In this document: positions 9,354 through 18,534 of the stretch, one piece after another
Layout of the letters: every line of letters begins with the position of its first letter
Numbering within the stretch: position 1 is the stretch's first letter
Assembly: GCA_037310415.1 (NCBI GenBank)
Contig: CP147780.1
Span: 1-64,000, forward strand
Direction of reading: 5' to 3'
Source: Candidatus Atabeyarchaeum deiterrae
GTDB lineage: Archaea; Asgardarchaeota; Atabeyarchaeia; Atabeyarchaeales; Atabeyarchaeaceae
Length of the DNA: 64,000 bases
Program-made: the position numbers and the translations under genes
Notes under the pieces: generated by a model
The model's database searches: none
What the model was told of the DNA's origin: nothing
Seen by the model: only the letters and a program-made list of their open reading frames with translations

Positions 9354-10225
9354 GAATAGAAGTCATAAAGCTCAAGGGGTAAAGCAAGGGTATTCGAACC
9401 CGCATTCCCCCAAGTGTCTAATCCCTTGGCAAGATCGCTACTATCTAGTTCACGCAATCCTCTATTGAACAGAACTATCACGATACCGATGACAAAACCA
9501 GTCAGTTCGAATAGACCAGATGCACCAATCACGAGATAATTACCAACTAGAAAACCGAAAATAGACATACCAATAGTCACCATACCAAGTATTATTGATG
9601 TGGCGATAGACGCGACTGTTAAGGTGATTATGGCCGGCAAGTCAAAATGAGCGAGACCAGTCTTGCGCTTCATATCCAGTGCAACGATCGCGAGCATGAG
9701 AGAAGCAAGAAGAATAAGCGCCAAGCCTGAAAGCATGACTTCTATCGATCCAAAAGGCAACAATAAAAACCAGAAGCTAGGAATGCCCTGCGCTATATTA
9801 TTCGTTTCCCATGCTATTCCCCAGAGCGCATATTGGTACATGAGGGGTATCAGTAACAGAGATGTGGCTGATAGCAGGAGCCAGCCTATCGCGAATAGCT
9901 TAAGCGAATTGATCCTGAAATACAGACCGACTCGATATAGCCGCTGGGCGTAAAATACTGCCACGACGATTGAGACTAAATCTAGCGCCGAGTTAATAGC
10001 TACGTATGAGATGAACCCATTCACGCTACTGGACAAGGGGTAAATTGCCAACATGATGACAAGGAGGATCGTCCCCCATATGAGAGCCATATGGCCTGAT
10101 GACATGGTCTTTCTCAGCAAATCATAGCGCAAAAGCAAGTTTGAATCGGATTCGGACAGATCCTTCCCACTCCCAGCACAAGCAGTCATTAAACGTCGCT
10201 TGTCATAACAATGTTCTTTGCACAT
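9212..10225 (-). CDS. Uncharacterised polytopic membrane protein (about 6 TM)
   Basis: Repeated long hydrophobic segments. The 3' end overlaps the convergent zinc-ribbon gene, so the C-terminus is uncertain. Confidence 0.55.
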   Translation of the reverse strand: MCKEHCYDKRRLMTACAGSGKDLSESDSNLLLRYDLLRKTMSSGHMALIWGTILLVIMLAIYPLSSSVNGFISYVAINSALDLVSIVVAVFYAQRLYRVGLYFRINSLKLFAIGWLLLSATSLLLIPLMYQYALWGIAWETNNIAQGIPSFWFLLLPFGSIEVMLSGLALILLASLMLAIVALDMKRKTGLAHFDLPAIITLTVASIATSIILGMVTIGMSIFGFLVGNYLVIGASGLFELTGFVIGIVIVLFNRGLRELDSSDLAKGLDTWGNAGSNTLALPLELYDFYSYHLSCWGAPQDSHSSSSVGMSHPHMAHFFSGGPLNMKTSHSGHRKV

Positions 10226-10351
10226 TTATAGTTCTATGCTTTCGAACACTGGAGTTGAGAAGCCATGCAATTCTCATCCAAAAAAGACATGGAAAATGTA
10301 GAAGATAGATTCAAGAAAAGAAAATACTCCCCCATGAGGGGGAAAGAAGTG

Positions 10352-10420
10352 TGCCTCAGATACCCTGGGGAGAGTCATCCTATAGGTTCTAGTCCTCGGA
10401 GGTAACTCGCATCATCGGCA
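10352..10420 (-). ncRNA. Box C/D guide sRNA (probable)
   Basis: The minus strand reads TGCC-G-ATGATG...CTGA-GGCA: a terminal stem, a 3-nt bulge and tandem GA with kink-turn geometry. Guides GAGTTACCTCCG and TCCCCAGGGTA are complementary to recalled conserved 23S segments (CGGGGGTAACTC; TACCCYGGGGA). Confidence 0.65.
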
Positions 10421-10455
10421 ACTATGCAATGGGCATAGTGAGTATTTTAGTGTTG

Positions 10456-11391
10456 TTACGCCTCGCCCGAGGATCTGACTCTGGCGCTCATTCCCAGTAA
10501 TTCCATGGTTAGCTTCGCAGCGGTGACTGCGGTCTGCCCAGTAGGGTCGTTCGGCGGGGAGACTTCTACTACGTCGAAGCCTTCGATTGGCTGAATCATT
10601 ACACTCCGATTGACTATGCCCTGCAAAACGTTAAGTAGTGTTGTTAGGTTGATGCCTTCCGGTTCAGGGTTTCCGACCCCGGGAGCAGCTGATGGGTCTA
10701 AGCAATCAATGTCTATGCTTACGTAAGTTGGCGAGCCGCGAATCAGTTTCTTTATTTTCTCTACTGTTCCTTGTGGGTTGTTGTTGGCTTCGTCGGATGT
10801 GAAGAAGTTGACTTGGTTCTTTTTGGCGAAGTCGTACTCTTCTTGGCTTGGTGCTCTTATGCCGACTTGAACTAAGTGCGGTACTCCTATCTCTTCGACT
10901 ATTCTTCTCATTACGGTGGCATGAGACCATTTCTCTCCGAGGTAGTCGTCTCTGAGGTCCATGTGGGCATCGAATTGTATTACAGTCAGTTCTTTCCCCT
11001 TTTCTTTCACTGCTTCACGTACTGCTTTGACCGCTCCGTATGTTACCGAGTGTTCTCCACCGAGAAGGATTGGGAATCGGTGAGTTTTCAATATTGAGGA
11101 TGTGACTCGTTCAACGCTCTTGAGGGTATCAGTAAGGTTGCCATGTGTGACCACTACGTCACCGATGTCGCATAACCAGTAACGTGATAAGTCCTCTTTT
11201 GCTCTCATGGAGAATGTTTCAATGTTGGATGAAGCTTCTCTTATTGCTGAGGGCCCGAACCTTGATCCTGGTTTGTATGAACTCGTTCCATCAAAGGGAA
11301 CGCCAAGAACTATGAAGTGGGACTCCTCATAGGAGTGAGCATATCCTGAGAAGTAGTTTGCTGGTATTGTCAGCAGCTTTATTTCTTCCAT
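10456..11391 (-). CDS. speB: Agmatinase (ureohydrolase family)
   Basis: GVPFDGTSSYKPGSRFGP, GGEHS, DAHMD, SHAT, DIDCLDP, PGVGNPEPEG. Confidence 0.92.
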   Translation of the reverse strand: MEEIKLLTIPANYFSGYAHSYEESHFIVLGVPFDGTSSYKPGSRFGPSAIREASSNIETFSMRAKEDLSRYWLCDIGDVVVTHGNLTDTLKSVERVTSSILKTHRFPILLGGEHSVTYGAVKAVREAVKEKGKELTVIQFDAHMDLRDDYLGEKWSHATVMRRIVEEIGVPHLVQVGIRAPSQEEYDFAKKNQVNFFTSDEANNNPQGTVEKIKKLIRGSPTYVSIDIDCLDPSAAPGVGNPEPEGINLTTLLNVLQGIVNRSVMIQPIEGFDVVEVSPPNDPTGQTAVTAAKLTMELLGMSARVRSSGEA

Positions 11392-11415
11392 AGTTGTCAA
11401 ACCTGCCTTGATTTC

Positions 11416-12483
11416 TCATTCTTGTTGAATTGATTTCAGCTCCGCTTTGTCCCATGTGAACCTGAGTCTGCGTCTTTTTGCGATGGTGTCACTGCACTTC
11501 TGGATTAATGCTGTGACCAGAATTGGGAGCGCTATGGTCGCATCCACGTAGGCGGTTGCCATTTTAGCGTCTTTTGTTATCTTTCCCCATGATTGCGCTT
11601 CTTCAAAAGTGCAACCTGAGAGTCCGCCCCATTTAGCGTCATCGGTCGTCATCTGGATTGCAAACTTGTGACCCGTGGTCTGGAATCCCATGACTTCAAG
11701 CATGACTTCTGTTTGCTGAATGTAATTCTTGGGTGTTCCTCCGCCCACGTATACTACTCCAGTTGATTTGGACTTCAGCTTGATCTGGGCGATTTCCCAG
11801 TTGTCTTTTATCGGGTCTATTGTGATGGGTTTTCGGTTGGCTTTGAGGCTTTCGAGGTAGTGTTTTGTCAAAGCTATTCCGATGGAGCTGTCGTTCAGAG
11901 CAGGACAGAAAACTGGGAGACCATTCTTTGCGGCCGTGCCGAGGATTGATTCTGTGTCTTTCACTTGCATTCCCATTTTTTCAAGAAATTCTCTTGAGGA
12001 ATAGTTCCTTGGCTCCAGACTGTCGGCTAGCTTCATTATTGCATTATCGCTTTCGCGAAACTTCTCTTCGTCTGCGAATGTGTCGTAGATTCTGTCAATG
12101 AACATTTCTCGGAGTTTGTTGTCGTCAACTTGATTGGAGCCAATGTAATGCCTGTTTCCACGCGCTTCGTGCCAGTCATGGTAGAGATTTGCCCCCGTGC
12201 TAACTAGCACGTCAATCAACTTGTTTTTAATCATGGAGATAACGACTCTCTTCATTCCAGCCGGAACCATAGCTCCAGCAAATCCAAAAAACACTGTCGG
12301 TCTATCCGGAGCCGAAATCATATTGCGGTAAGCATTGAAACATCGAGCTATGTTTCTGCTCTGATACGAGGTGTATTGAAAGGCCTCGACAAGGTCTCCT
12401 ACAAGCATGTCTGGTTTTGGCTCTATGGGTTCTACTGGTTCGCTTAAGTATTTTGATTTCTCATCCTTTGCATGTTTTGCCAT
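11416..12483 (-). CDS. dys: Deoxyhypusine synthase
   Basis: GAMVPAGM, STGAN, RIYD, PALNDSSIG, GGGTPKN, and GGLSGCTFEEAQSWGK with the catalytic Lys. Confidence 0.92.
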   Translation of the reverse strand: MAKHAKDEKSKYLSEPVEPIEPKPDMLVGDLVEAFQYTSYQSRNIARCFNAYRNMISAPDRPTVFFGFAGAMVPAGMKRVVISMIKNKLIDVLVSTGANLYHDWHEARGNRHYIGSNQVDDNKLREMFIDRIYDTFADEEKFRESDNAIMKLADSLEPRNYSSREFLEKMGMQVKDTESILGTAAKNGLPVFCPALNDSSIGIALTKHYLESLKANRKPITIDPIKDNWEIAQIKLKSKSTGVVYVGGGTPKNYIQQTEVMLEVMGFQTTGHKFAIQMTTDDAKWGGLSGCTFEEAQSWGKITKDAKMATAYVDATIALPILVTALIQKCSDTIAKRRRLRFTWDKAELKSIQQE

Positions 12484-12615
12484 GAGACTTTCACGCACCT
12501 TTTTCTGGCAATCGTAAAAACATACTTGCTGACAGAAACGGATGAATGCCTACGAGGGAATCGTGTGAATAATGGATTTCTGAATATATATTAGATGCTC
12601 TCGCACCCAAAGATA

Positions 12616-13617
12616 TTAGGATGTTTTTTCACTTTTCAATGTAGTGATTGGGCGTGATTGCAGGACATATATCTTGTTGTCCTCAATCGCCCATTCAACG
12701 TCTTGAGGTGAATGCAGCGCATTCTCTAGTTTCAACCCTAGTTGGTGTAGTCGACGCAACTGACTTTCGTTTAGTGAACATTTTTCTCTCAACTTGGGAT
12801 CGGTGTCTATCATTGCTGTGAAGGAGCCTATGGGACTTCTGATCGACATTTTCTCCTTTTCACCTACAACGATCCTTAGAACCTTGAATTTGTCTTTTTC
12901 GAGGATGATCATGTCAGGTATGACGGAGTTGTTGGCTATGGTTTCCCCTAGTCCCCAAGCTGAATTGATCATCATCTGATTTCTATTGTTGTTGACTACG
13001 TTAGCAGTAAACAACACGCCTGAGATTTGGGAATCAACCATTTTCTGAACAACGACAGCCATGTGAACATTCCGCAACGAGTCTTTAGTTCCCATTTTTC
13101 TCATTTGAAGAAAGTAGACAAGGGCATGGGGTGAAAATAATGATGCCCAACAATTCTTTACAGAGAATAGTATCTCGTCAAGTGAATTGTTATACAAGTA
13201 GGTGTTACCTTGTCCAGCAAAAGAGAATGTGTCCGCGTCCTCAATCGTAGCAGAGGATCTGACGGCCACCAAAGTTTCAGAGCCGAACTCTTCTCTGATT
13301 CTGTCAAATCCAGTTCCTATTTCTCTTTTCACGTCTTTCGGGAATTCGGATTCGAGAATCAGTTTCCTCATGGTTCGTGAAAAGTTAAGTACATTCTTTG
13401 AATGAGGATTCTTCGACAATAGTTCTTTCAGTTGGTTTCTGTATTTGGATTCTTCAAGAAACCTGACATAGGAATCGGTAGTAATTATGAAGCCCAGTGG
13501 AACATTAGCTCCGATCTCAACTAAGTTGATGATGTTTGAACCCTTGCCCCCGAACAAAGCGGGATTAGGAGTTGCGTTAGTGAAGGATACGATGTACTTC
13601 ATGTCTTCCCTTGCCAT
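12616..13617 (-). CDS. Stand-alone PEP/pyruvate-binding ATP-grasp subunit (PEP synthase/PPDK N-terminal domain)
   Basis: GGKG, VPLGF, AVRSSATIED...SFAGQ, MAVVVQKMV, SGVLFT, WGLGE, QDVEWA, LQSRPIT. The protein ends immediately after this domain. Confidence 0.9.
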   Translation of the reverse strand: MAREDMKYIVSFTNATPNPALFGGKGSNIINLVEIGANVPLGFIITTDSYVRFLEESKYRNQLKELLSKNPHSKNVLNFSRTMRKLILESEFPKDVKREIGTGFDRIREEFGSETLVAVRSSATIEDADTFSFAGQGNTYLYNNSLDEILFSVKNCWASLFSPHALVYFLQMRKMGTKDSLRNVHMAVVVQKMVDSQISGVLFTANVVNNNRNQMMINSAWGLGETIANNSVIPDMIILEKDKFKVLRIVVGEKEKMSIRSPIGSFTAMIDTDPKLREKCSLNESQLRRLHQLGLKLENALHSPQDVEWAIEDNKIYVLQSRPITTLKSEKTS

Positions 13618-13642
13618 TACTGTTCCCTTTTGCCTTCACTTA

Positions 13643-14038
13643 TCAGTCCAGCTGGTACAGAACTCCCCTGTCATCATCTTCGGTGACGATCTTTCCTTTC
13701 TTTCCTTGTAACGAAGTCATGTCTTTTGATTTGATTTTTGTGCCCATTATGCAAGGAATGTTGAACTCCCTTGAAACAATTGCAAGATGTGAACCTGCTC
13801 CACCAGTTGTGCAAACCGTTCCAGCTAATTCTGATAGGATTGGACCTAGAGTAGTTGTTCCAGCGTCCTCAATTATGCAGATTTTTCCTGTGGCTTTATC
13901 GAATAGATTCACAACGTCCTCAACAGTTCTGATGTACACTAATTCTCCAGCCGCTTCCGACTTGGATGAACACGAGAGCCCTTCACCAATTTTCTTCATT
14001 TGCATCATCGTAAATTGCAACTGAGTCTCTGATATCAT
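13643..14038 (-). CDS. Stand-alone PEP-utilising mobile (phospho-His swivel) domain
   Basis: VCTTGGAGSHLAIVSREFNIPCIMG signature in a 131-aa protein. Confidence 0.88.
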   Translation of the reverse strand: MISETQLQFTMMQMKKIGEGLSCSSKSEAAGELVYIRTVEDVVNLFDKATGKICIIEDAGTTTLGPILSELAGTVCTTGGAGSHLAIVSREFNIPCIMGTKIKSKDMTSLQGKKGKIVTEDDDRGVLYQLD

Positions 14039-14061
14039 TTCTAATTCCTTATTCGTTGGTC

Positions 14062-14069
14062 TTATATAA
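14062..14069. promoter_or_regulatory. Palindromic TATA box in the divergent intergenic region
   Basis: TTATATAA is self-complementary. It lies 24-31 nt upstream of the minus-strand start at 14038 and upstream of the plus-strand gene at 14176. Confidence 0.45.
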
Positions 14070-14175
14070 ATGAAATAGTTACGAGCATGCCGAATTCGCT
14101 ATCAATAAGTTGAAGCAAGTCGAATTGAGAATTGGAAAGCCTTATTTCATACATAGGACAGTTATTTCCAACGAG

Positions 14176-15363
14176 ATGGTGGAAGTGAATCGCGTGTACT
14201 CAAAGACTGGAGTCAAAGAGATGAATGAAGTCATAAGTCACCTATCTGACATCGTCGACTATCAAGTAACAAGTAGAGGCCTCTTAGAATCAAAGTTGTT
14301 TCCAGTTACAGCGTACATCTGTGTAGCTTTCTATAATAGTTACGACATGCTTTATCCTATCTTGAGGAAAGTATCAGAAAAAACTACACCTGAACGTATG
14401 GGAAAAGAAAGCAGAAAAATCCTTTCAGAACTTCACGCATTAACCATTTTCTACATTCCTTTGTATTACATGGTTGGTCGAATGGGAGAGATCTTCAGGA
14501 ATAAAGGAGATCCGAAGAGCGAAAGTAAGGAAAAAAGAGAGCAGACCATGTTCATCCTTGATTTTTGGAGACGTCTAAGTACTTCGTACTTCCCGGGAGG
14601 CAAGTTGGCTGTTTATGATTCAAACAAAATGAACATTGCATTAGACCAACCTGATGTAGACTGGGTCAAAGAGCACATCAAAGATGTGAAGGGTGAAGAG
14701 GTGTCCAAAGTCAAAAGAACTTTGGCTAACCTTGACCTAGTCACGTTCCTGGATGAATGTGAAGCGAGGGCTAAACTGGGCGAACATGGTCCCTACATAG
14801 TCAATGACAATGAGATCATAGTCCTCAGGGAAATCGTGCATCTTTACGACGGAGGGAAACCCCACTTCTCCTGGTCTGCGACCGAAGCCAAAGCACCTTA
14901 CCCCAACTTAGCATGTGCCCTTCGCCTGAAGAATGTGCAAGCTAAGTTCGACGATTTCTCCCAGATAACAACAAATCCCGTTGATTTTACGAATAATATA
15001 GCTGGAGTAGCTTTGTTTACTAGACAAGGGAACAACGTAAAACCTCTTGATCTTGATGTGTTGGACGGGTTTAACACTTATGCCTTAAAGGCCAACAAGG
15101 AACTGTTCCTAAAGTTCTCAAAATGGGACAGAAGACAACGACTAATTGCAGGAGCCTATGCATACTGTTATGGTTACGCGCGATACACGAATTTTGTGGG
15201 TATCACAGATCAGATCAAGTGGGATCTCACAGAAAGAACGATGAACAAATACGTTCCAGAATTCATGAAGAGCGACTTTGATACAGGAATTCCTAGACTC
15301 CTCAGGAGCAAAGCCCAGAAACAGAAAGAAGGACCATCTCTCTATTTGTTACCAGAGGATTGA
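14176..15363 (+). CDS. Uncharacterised soluble protein, candidate substrate-binding subunit of the split dikinase
   Basis: Long clean ORF containing DECEARAKLGEHGPY...LREIVHL...FSWS. It is divergent from the ATP-grasp and swivel genes. No family can be named with confidence. Confidence 0.7.
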   Translation: MVEVNRVYSKTGVKEMNEVISHLSDIVDYQVTSRGLLESKLFPVTAYICVAFYNSYDMLYPILRKVSEKTTPERMGKESRKILSELHALTIFYIPLYYMVGRMGEIFRNKGDPKSESKEKREQTMFILDFWRRLSTSYFPGGKLAVYDSNKMNIALDQPDVDWVKEHIKDVKGEEVSKVKRTLANLDLVTFLDECEARAKLGEHGPYIVNDNEIIVLREIVHLYDGGKPHFSWSATEAKAPYPNLACALRLKNVQAKFDDFSQITTNPVDFTNNIAGVALFTRQGNNVKPLDLDVLDGFNTYALKANKELFLKFSKWDRRQRLIAGAYAYCYGYARYTNFVGITDQIKWDLTERTMNKYVPEFMKSDFDTGIPRLLRSKAQKQKEGPSLYLLPED

Positions 15364-16286
15364 TTTCGGTGAGTCCCAGCAAAGAAAAGGCGGCATTGAT
15401 CGAAAAAGATGAACTACTTCATCGCGCAACAACTGAGTCGAAATGGCGGGAATCCTATTACTTCAACTGGGTTGACCTTGAGAACAAGGTCTCTGGTTTC
15501 TCGACAATTGGTGTGGTACCTAATGAAAAGAAGAGAGAATTCGTTATGGCCCTCTTCATTGATAATCAGATGGAAGTCCACTACCAAGAACCAATGATAG
15601 AGAAGTACACAAAGGACATTAATGCGATGCTACAAGACGGGAATCTAGCTTACAAGCTGATTAGACCATTCAAAGAGTGGCGAATAAGCTACTCTTGCCG
15701 AAGATTCAAGTTCGAATTGACTTTCAAAAACAGGTTTCCCACTTACAATTTCGCAACAGATTCGTCGGGTTCATGGCACCATCATTTCGAAGCTTCCGGG
15801 ATCATATCTGGGAGAATAGAATACACAAATGGCACAACAAAGAGTTTTGAAGGCTACGGGCAACGAGACAAGAGCTGGGGTCTCAGAGACTGGCACAGAT
15901 TTGATCATTGGTTTGCAGGGCAATTCCAGTTCAAGGATTGGACCTGTGCATTTCGAAAAGACTACATTTCTAACAGAATTGACCTTTCGGGATATACTGC
16001 CAGCAAGGGAGGAAGTTGTCCTCTTACGGAGATGGAAGTCGAGACAATTAACGATACGGATAGATTCATGACTCCGCTCTCTTCAACGTTCACGTTTTCA
16101 GATTCGAGAGGGAAACGACATATCGTTCAATCTGAACGAATCGGGAAAAACACTTATTTCCGATTTGCGAGACCTTTTTCGGGAGGCTACACTGAGCTTT
16201 TCGAGCGAATGGTTATCATGAAGGACAAGGACTCCCGTGAGATCGGCTCTGGAATGGCAGAGTATCTTAGAACTCGCAGAAACTGA
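15360..16286 (+). CDS. CrtC/AttH-like (lipocalin/tocopherol-cyclase-type beta-barrel) protein
   Basis: WRESYYFNW, HFEASG, GYGQRDKSWGLRDW, GSGMAEY. Overlaps the preceding stop codon by 4 nt. Confidence 0.65.
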   Translation: MISVSPSKEKAALIEKDELLHRATTESKWRESYYFNWVDLENKVSGFSTIGVVPNEKKREFVMALFIDNQMEVHYQEPMIEKYTKDINAMLQDGNLAYKLIRPFKEWRISYSCRRFKFELTFKNRFPTYNFATDSSGSWHHHFEASGIISGRIEYTNGTTKSFEGYGQRDKSWGLRDWHRFDHWFAGQFQFKDWTCAFRKDYISNRIDLSGYTASKGGSCPLTEMEVETINDTDRFMTPLSSTFTFSDSRGKRHIVQSERIGKNTYFRFARPFSGGYTELFERMVIMKDKDSREIGSGMAEYLRTRRN

Positions 16287-16423
16287 CGTAATGGCGGCTT
16301 GGCATGAAAGGATTGACGTAATGAGGTGGGCTGAATTCTCTAACATTAATATACTTGGACAGTCCAAAATATTCTCCATATTTGCCATTTATCCAAAGCT
16401 AATCGTGGAACGGGGTGTTACTC

Positions 16424-17263
16424 ATGTGCCAGTTTTGCACAAGACATGGAGCAGGGAACAAATGGTATCTCAACGAGAGAAACCTTAACGTGAAACTAGC
16501 AAAGGAACTAGGATTTGAGAAATGGGAGATAGATCACTGGAGACTGATCGACAAGGTTTACGGCGATCTCTCCAGTAACTTGACCAGTTTGCTAAGCGAC
16601 CCTAAGTCGTTCGCAATGACCAAGAAAGTGATCGAGGAAATAATACAGAAAGACAAGGGTCCAAGAACATTTCCTGAAGGCCATATGGGTCAAGTAATCA
16701 CTCTTGAAGAAGCGAAAAACATCTGCCAAGTTGCTGGAGATGTCTACAGAGTCATGTGCCCCTGTCGCTTCATGAACAGAAACGAGAAAGTCTATACTTG
16801 CATGCCACTAGGGTTACACGGAGAGACTGTGAAGGGATTTGTAGACCATGCTCCAAAGGGAGTCGAGCAACTTACCGTTGAAGAGGCAGGAGAATTCCTG
16901 AACAAATGTGACGAACAAGGAATGGTTCACACAATAGCGGGAACACCACTACCAATGGCATTCGCAATGTGCAATTGCGAGTACCCGGAATGTATAGCGC
17001 TAAGGCCTAGAATAGACTTCGACATCAAGCATTTTCTCAAAGGGCACTATGTGGCAAGCGTGGATATGGACAAGTGCATAGGATGCGGTAAGTGTGTGAC
17101 GCACTGCCAGTTCGGAGCAATGAACTTGAGACCAGCGCTAGGTAGGGCGCATGTCAATCAGTTTAAGTGCTTCGGATGTGGGTTATGCAGAGCAAATTGT
17201 GAGCAGAATGCGATCACATTGATTTCAAGAGAGAGCATCCCGACATTAAAGGAGGAATGGTGA
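16424..17263 (+). CDS. Multi-cluster 4Fe-4S protein
   Basis: N-terminal MCQFCTRHG...KWYL, then CPCR, MCNC, CIGCGKCVTHC and CFGCGLCRANC. Confidence 0.85.
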   Translation: MCQFCTRHGAGNKWYLNERNLNVKLAKELGFEKWEIDHWRLIDKVYGDLSSNLTSLLSDPKSFAMTKKVIEEIIQKDKGPRTFPEGHMGQVITLEEAKNICQVAGDVYRVMCPCRFMNRNEKVYTCMPLGLHGETVKGFVDHAPKGVEQLTVEEAGEFLNKCDEQGMVHTIAGTPLPMAFAMCNCEYPECIALRPRIDFDIKHFLKGHYVASVDMDKCIGCGKCVTHCQFGAMNLRPALGRAHVNQFKCFGCGLCRANCEQNAITLISRESIPTLKEEW

Positions 17264-17539
17264 ATGCCGGCGAAAGTCTCGATTCAGTGGCTAAAAGACA
17301 AATGCCTCAAGCCTCAAGATTGTGGAAAATGCTTAGAGGTGTGCCCTAGTACGGTTTTTGTTAGGTACGCTCCTCAGCGAGAGCGTTACAAAGAACCGCA
17401 GAACTATGTCATTGTGCCATCGTTTACAAACTTCTGCATAGTGTGCAACAAGTGCACAGAGGTTTGCCCGAAGGACGCGATCAAAATAACTGTAAAACAG
17501 CAAGGCGAAGTAGTGAAGCAAGCGACTGCTACGCGGTAG
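17264..17539 (+). CDS. 2x[4Fe-4S] ferredoxin
   Basis: CLKPQDCGKCLEVCP and CIVCNKCTEVCP. Starts immediately after the upstream stop codon. Confidence 0.85.
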   Translation: MPAKVSIQWLKDKCLKPQDCGKCLEVCPSTVFVRYAPQRERYKEPQNYVIVPSFTNFCIVCNKCTEVCPKDAIKITVKQQGEVVKQATATR

Positions 17540-17580
17540 TTGTAGCAGTAATTAGCTCTCTCCGACCATTGAAATGCGTC

Positions 17581-18324
17581 TTATCTTTTCTTCTCAATGC
17601 ATACAAAGAAACTTGCTTCACCCGCTTTCTTGCTTGACTTTGTTATCTTCACGATTCTGAACCCACTCAGCGTTATGAGCTTCCTGAGTTCGCCTTTGCT
17701 GAAGAGATGGTAGAAGCGGAGAACTGACGCTGTACCATGATTGCTTTTCCATGGAATGTGTATGTCTCCGAGCTCGCCGTCAGTCTTGTTCCCAAACACG
17801 TGCCTGAGGTGCTTCTTCAGGAAATAGGAAGCGAACCTTCTCTGCCACTTGCGCCACACGGTTACGATGGCCCTTCCGCCGGGGAAGAGAACCCTCCGAA
17901 CCTCGCTCAGTGACTTCGCCCGCTCAGAACCCGCAGGAAGATGGTGAATAGCTGCGATATACAGAGCAGCACTCAGAGAGTTCTTTCTAAGTGGTATGTT
18001 TGATGCATCGCTGTTTATGAGTGCAATTGTGTGTTTCGCACTGGATGATTCAAGTCTCTTCTTCGCGAGTTTTAGAAGCTGTGAGGAGAAATCAATGGCT
18101 ATTCCTCTGAGCTCGTATTTTTGTGTGAAATAGATCGCATGTCGCGCATTTCCACAAGCCAAGTCCAGAATCAGATCACTTTTGTTGACTGTGAGAGGGA
18201 ATAGACACTCTTTAGTGAAGTCGGTTAGGTCTTCCCAGACGCGACTGCGGAGCTTGTCGTAATCATGCGATATGAAGTCGAAGGTTGACCTTACTTCTCT
18301 CTTGACGGAGGACTTAGAAGACAA
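17581..18324 (-). CDS. Class I SAM methyltransferase, Trm9/ALKBH8-like tRNA wobble-uridine methyltransferase
   Basis: LDLACGNAR, IAAIHHL, VTVW, and RFYHLFSKGEL (Trm9-like C-terminal motif). Confidence 0.7.
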   Translation of the reverse strand: MSSKSSVKREVRSTFDFISHDYDKLRSRVWEDLTDFTKECLFPLTVNKSDLILDLACGNARHAIYFTQKYELRGIAIDFSSQLLKLAKKRLESSSAKHTIALINSDASNIPLRKNSLSAALYIAAIHHLPAGSERAKSLSEVRRVLFPGGRAIVTVWRKWQRRFASYFLKKHLRHVFGNKTDGELGDIHIPWKSNHGTASVLRFYHLFSKGELRKLITLSGFRIVKITKSSKKAGEASFFVCIEKKR

Positions 18325-18534
18325 GCCGAGTGATCACCAATCTCAGGTAAAGCGGGTTTCTGGAGTTTCACACTGTGGAACTAAACGAAGAGTATCAGAC
18401 GTAAAGTCTTTTTAATTTGTTCTCATTAATTGAGTCGTTATGAGGCAGAGGATCTAAGCTAAAAGGGCGATTTCGTTTTGAGAGCGGAGTCAATCATGCA
18501 GATTCATGTATGCAACTCCTTCCGGTGAGTGCTT

